Below are positions 45,569 to 47,787 of a stretch of 47,787 bases of DNA, piece after piece (position 1 is the first letter of the stretch; every line of letters starts with the position of its first letter). Below the pieces are notes generated by a model. The model did not search any database. It saw only the letters and a list, made by a program, of their open reading frames with translations, and was not told the origin of the DNA. The DNA comes from an uncultured Silicimonas sp. Lineage in GTDB: Bacteria; Pseudomonadota; Alphaproteobacteria; Rhodobacterales; Rhodobacteraceae. Position numbers and translations under genes: made by a program. Location of the stretch: positions 1 through 47,787 of the forward strand of contig CAZRNL010000001.1 of assembly GCA_964601395.1 (NCBI GenBank), given 5' to 3'.

Positions 45569-46489
45569 CTAGCGCGCGCCGCTTACGTTCAGAAATGCCG
45601 AGTACAGCGATGTCGTTCCGCAGATGAACAGCCGGTTTTTCTTCGGGCCACCGAAACAGACATTGGCAACCAGTTCCGGGATCAGGATCTTGCCGATCAT
45701 GTCGCCTTCTGGGGTGTAGCAGTGGACGCCGTCCGCCGCCGACGTCCAGATACGTCCGTCACGGTCCAGTCGGAAACCGTCGAACAGACCTTTCGTGCAA
45801 ACCGCGAAGACTTCTCCGCCAGAGAGCGTCCCGTCTGCGGCCACCTTGTGCCGCCGGATGTGCTTGGGTCCGTCAGGGTCGTGGCTGACGCCGGTATCCG
45901 CGATGTAAAGCAGGCTTTCGTCGGGGGAGAAGGCCAGCCCGTTCGGCTTGACGTAGTCGTCGGCTACGATGGAGATATCGCCCGTGTCGGGGTCGACCCT
46001 GTAGACGTGGCAAGCGCCGATCTCGCTTTCGGCACGTCCACCCTCGTAGTCCATCAGGATGCCGTAGGGTGGGTCGGTGAACCAGATCGAACCGTCGGAT
46101 TTCACGACCGCATCGTTCGGAGAATTCAGGCGCTTTCCCTGATAATTGTCTGCAATCACCGTGATGCTGCCGTCGTGTTCGGTGCGGGTGACGCGCCGGG
46201 CTAAATGTTCGCAGGTGACCAGTCGCCCCTGCCAGTCGACCGTGTTGCCGTTCGAGTTGTTCGATGGCTGGCGGAAAACCGAAACCGACCCGTCTGTATC
46301 GTCCCAACGCAGCATCCGGTTGTTGGGAATATCCGACCAGACAAGGTACCGCCCAGCGGCGAACCAGGCAGGGCCCTCCGACCAACGGGCACCTGTCCAG
46401 AGCCGCTCGACCCGCGCATGCCCGATCAGGCACGATTTGAACTCCGGTTGGAGGTGCTCAAACCCGGATCCTTCGATCATTCCGTACAT
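45569..46489 (-). CDS. SMP-30/gluconolactonase family protein
   Basis: Motifs WSEGPAW, SDIPNNR, SNGN, LNSPND, WFTDP.YG, PNGLAFSPDE and DGFRLD. Confidence 0.92.
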   Translation of the reverse strand: MYGMIEGSGFEHLQPEFKSCLIGHARVERLWTGARWSEGPAWFAAGRYLVWSDIPNNRMLRWDDTDGSVSVFRQPSNNSNGNTVDWQGRLVTCEHLARRVTRTEHDGSITVIADNYQGKRLNSPNDAVVKSDGSIWFTDPPYGILMDYEGGRAESEIGACHVYRVDPDTGDISIVADDYVKPNGLAFSPDESLLYIADTGVSHDPDGPKHIRRHKVAADGTLSGGEVFAVCTKGLFDGFRLDRDGRIWTSAADGVHCYTPEGDMIGKILIPELVANVCFGGPKKNRLFICGTTSLYSAFLNVSGAR

Positions 46490-46585
46490 CGGCTTTTTCT
46501 CCTGTCCTGCAATCCACCGTTCCACCCGCAGAACCTAGCAGCCGCATTGCCCGACGCCAGCACTTGTTGACATCAGCCCATAGTG

Positions 46586-46613
46586 GAAACGGGGACGCAA
46601 GCGCCCCCGTTTC
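46586..46613. terminator. Stem-loop downstream of the sugar-binding-protein gene
   Basis: GAAACGGGG...CCCCGTTTC 9-bp inverted repeat about 40 bp after the SBP stop. U-tract is weak. Confidence 0.55.
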
Positions 46614-46649
46614 TTCAACCGGCCGATTGGCCGTCCGTCCGGGAGGACG

Positions 46650-47699
46650 TTACTTGCCCCAGATCGTTGCGTAGGCTTCACGATAAGGGCTGTCAGGATC
46701 GAAGCTGTTGCTGTCGCCCATCTTCCCGAGACCTTCCATCGTCACCAGCGCGGGAGCCGTGATGTAGCCCGAGCAGGCCTGGCCCTGAATTGCACGGTTC
46801 AGCTCGTCCACCAGTTGCCAGCCTTGCAGGTTCAGAGGTTCGGCGACCGTAATGGTCTGGTACTGTCCGCTGCGAATACGTTGAAACGCAGCTTCCGATC
46901 CGTCGCCGGCGGATCCCGCCTTGGGTGACCCGTCTCCGTCGATGCCGGCCGCGGCGAGCGCCGGACCCATGAAGTCGAAGTACAGGTCGTTGATCGCCAG
47001 CGCGTGGGTCCAGCTGTCACCATACTTCTGCAGCAGGCTTGTTGTCAGCGGACCCATCCGGGTCGAGGTGTCGGCAATGGGAGTATCGACGTACTCGAGC
47101 ACCGTTCCGCCCATCGCTTCGATGGTCTCCTTGATGCGGTCGGCCTTGTCGATAGCGATCTGATAGGTCGAGTCCGTGAAGATCACCGCGCCAATGGCAT
47201 CTCCACCGTCCTCCATCGCCCATTTCGCGGCGACCTCGGAGACGGTCATCGCGTCGGTCGAGACGTTGGCGAAGATGCCGCCCGGCGCGTCGCAGCCGAT
47301 TTTCGGGCCAGAATGCCAGGACACCATCGGGATTCCTGCGGCGGCCACACCTTCCAGCGCCGTCTGTTGTTCGACTGCGTCGAAGCCGTTGATGATCAGC
47401 CCGTCGGGTTGCAATGCCAGAGCCTGCCCGATTGCCCCGGTGCGGCCCTGAACAGAACCGGCTCCGTCCAGAACGCGCACGTCCCAGCCGATTTTTGCCG
47501 CGGCCTCTTCGACGCCATTGGTGACACCAAGGATACCGCCGTTCTTCAGGTCGGCGGCGAGGACAACTATCGTCTTGCCTTCCGCGGCCACCGGACCGGA
47601 CGTCGGCCCGTCGAAAGGTGTCTGAGCCAGGGCCGGCAGGCCAAGGCCCACCAGCATCGTGCTGGCGAGAAGTGTATTCAGGAAAGTACGTTTCAGCAT
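46650..47699 (-). CDS. Sugar-type ABC transporter periplasmic binding protein
   Basis: Signal peptide, RBS GGAGG. GVEEAAAKIGW, ALQPDGLII, LAINDLY, AFQRIR and TVAEP. Confidence 0.88.
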   Translation of the reverse strand: MLKRTFLNTLLASTMLVGLGLPALAQTPFDGPTSGPVAAEGKTIVVLAADLKNGGILGVTNGVEEAAAKIGWDVRVLDGAGSVQGRTGAIGQALALQPDGLIINGFDAVEQQTALEGVAAAGIPMVSWHSGPKIGCDAPGGIFANVSTDAMTVSEVAAKWAMEDGGDAIGAVIFTDSTYQIAIDKADRIKETIEAMGGTVLEYVDTPIADTSTRMGPLTTSLLQKYGDSWTHALAINDLYFDFMGPALAAAGIDGDGSPKAGSAGDGSEAAFQRIRSGQYQTITVAEPLNLQGWQLVDELNRAIQGQACSGYITAPALVTMEGLGKMGDSNSFDPDSPYREAYATIWGK

Positions 47700-47787
47700 G
47701 GTTTCCTCCCAATAGCTGTTGAATGTTTATTTTGTCAACGGCGGAGACAAATCCGACCATGTGGCGGCGCAAATCCAGGCCATTGGG

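Noticed and set aside
1-47787. Mobile elements, CRISPR arrays, tRNA/rRNA, defence systems
   Set aside because: No transposase, integrase or Cas motifs, spaced repeats or structural-RNA signatures were seen by eye.

Overview
GC-rich window of alphaproteobacterial (Rhodobacteraceae-like) character, densely coding. I saw no rRNA, tRNA, CRISPR array or transposase. (1) 1-11875 holds the 3' part of an alginate-type exopolysaccharide operon: algD-alg8-alg44-algA-algG-algX-large Sel1-repeat gene-algL. AlgD, Alg8 and the guanylyltransferase domain of AlgA keep their canonical motifs. The Alg44 c-di-GMP motif, the AlgA isomerase cupin, AlgG DPHD, the AlgX Asp-His-Ser triad and AlgL NNH all look substituted. 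No algE or algIJF lies in the window. This is the best candidate for an undescribed system: a possibly c-di-GMP-independent, unmodified polymannuronate machine. (2) 11990-18335 is a gallate/4-oxalomesaconate cluster (galD, galC, galB, galR). It has a VOC-fold extradiol dioxygenase instead of GalA/LigAB and an internally deleted subtype-B tannase. (3) 18323-26943 is a mixed region: SDR, hydantoinase/oxoprolinase A+B, rhodanese, stand-alone IspD, FAH hydrolase, FMN reductase, a methionine-synthase remnant and a quinone oxidoreductase. (4) 27043-33783 has a LacI gene with two operator palindromes, the L-threonate pathway (ltnD-otnK-otnC-otnI) and idnD/idnO. (5) 33791-47699 has a HAAT-type ABC transporter, mtnA plus a class II aldolase, a DHDPS-family/GntR/TRAP operon, a NUDIX gene, an SMP-30 lactonase and an orphan sugar-binding protein. 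All calls come from motif recognition by eye and from remembered reference sequences. No database searches were run.
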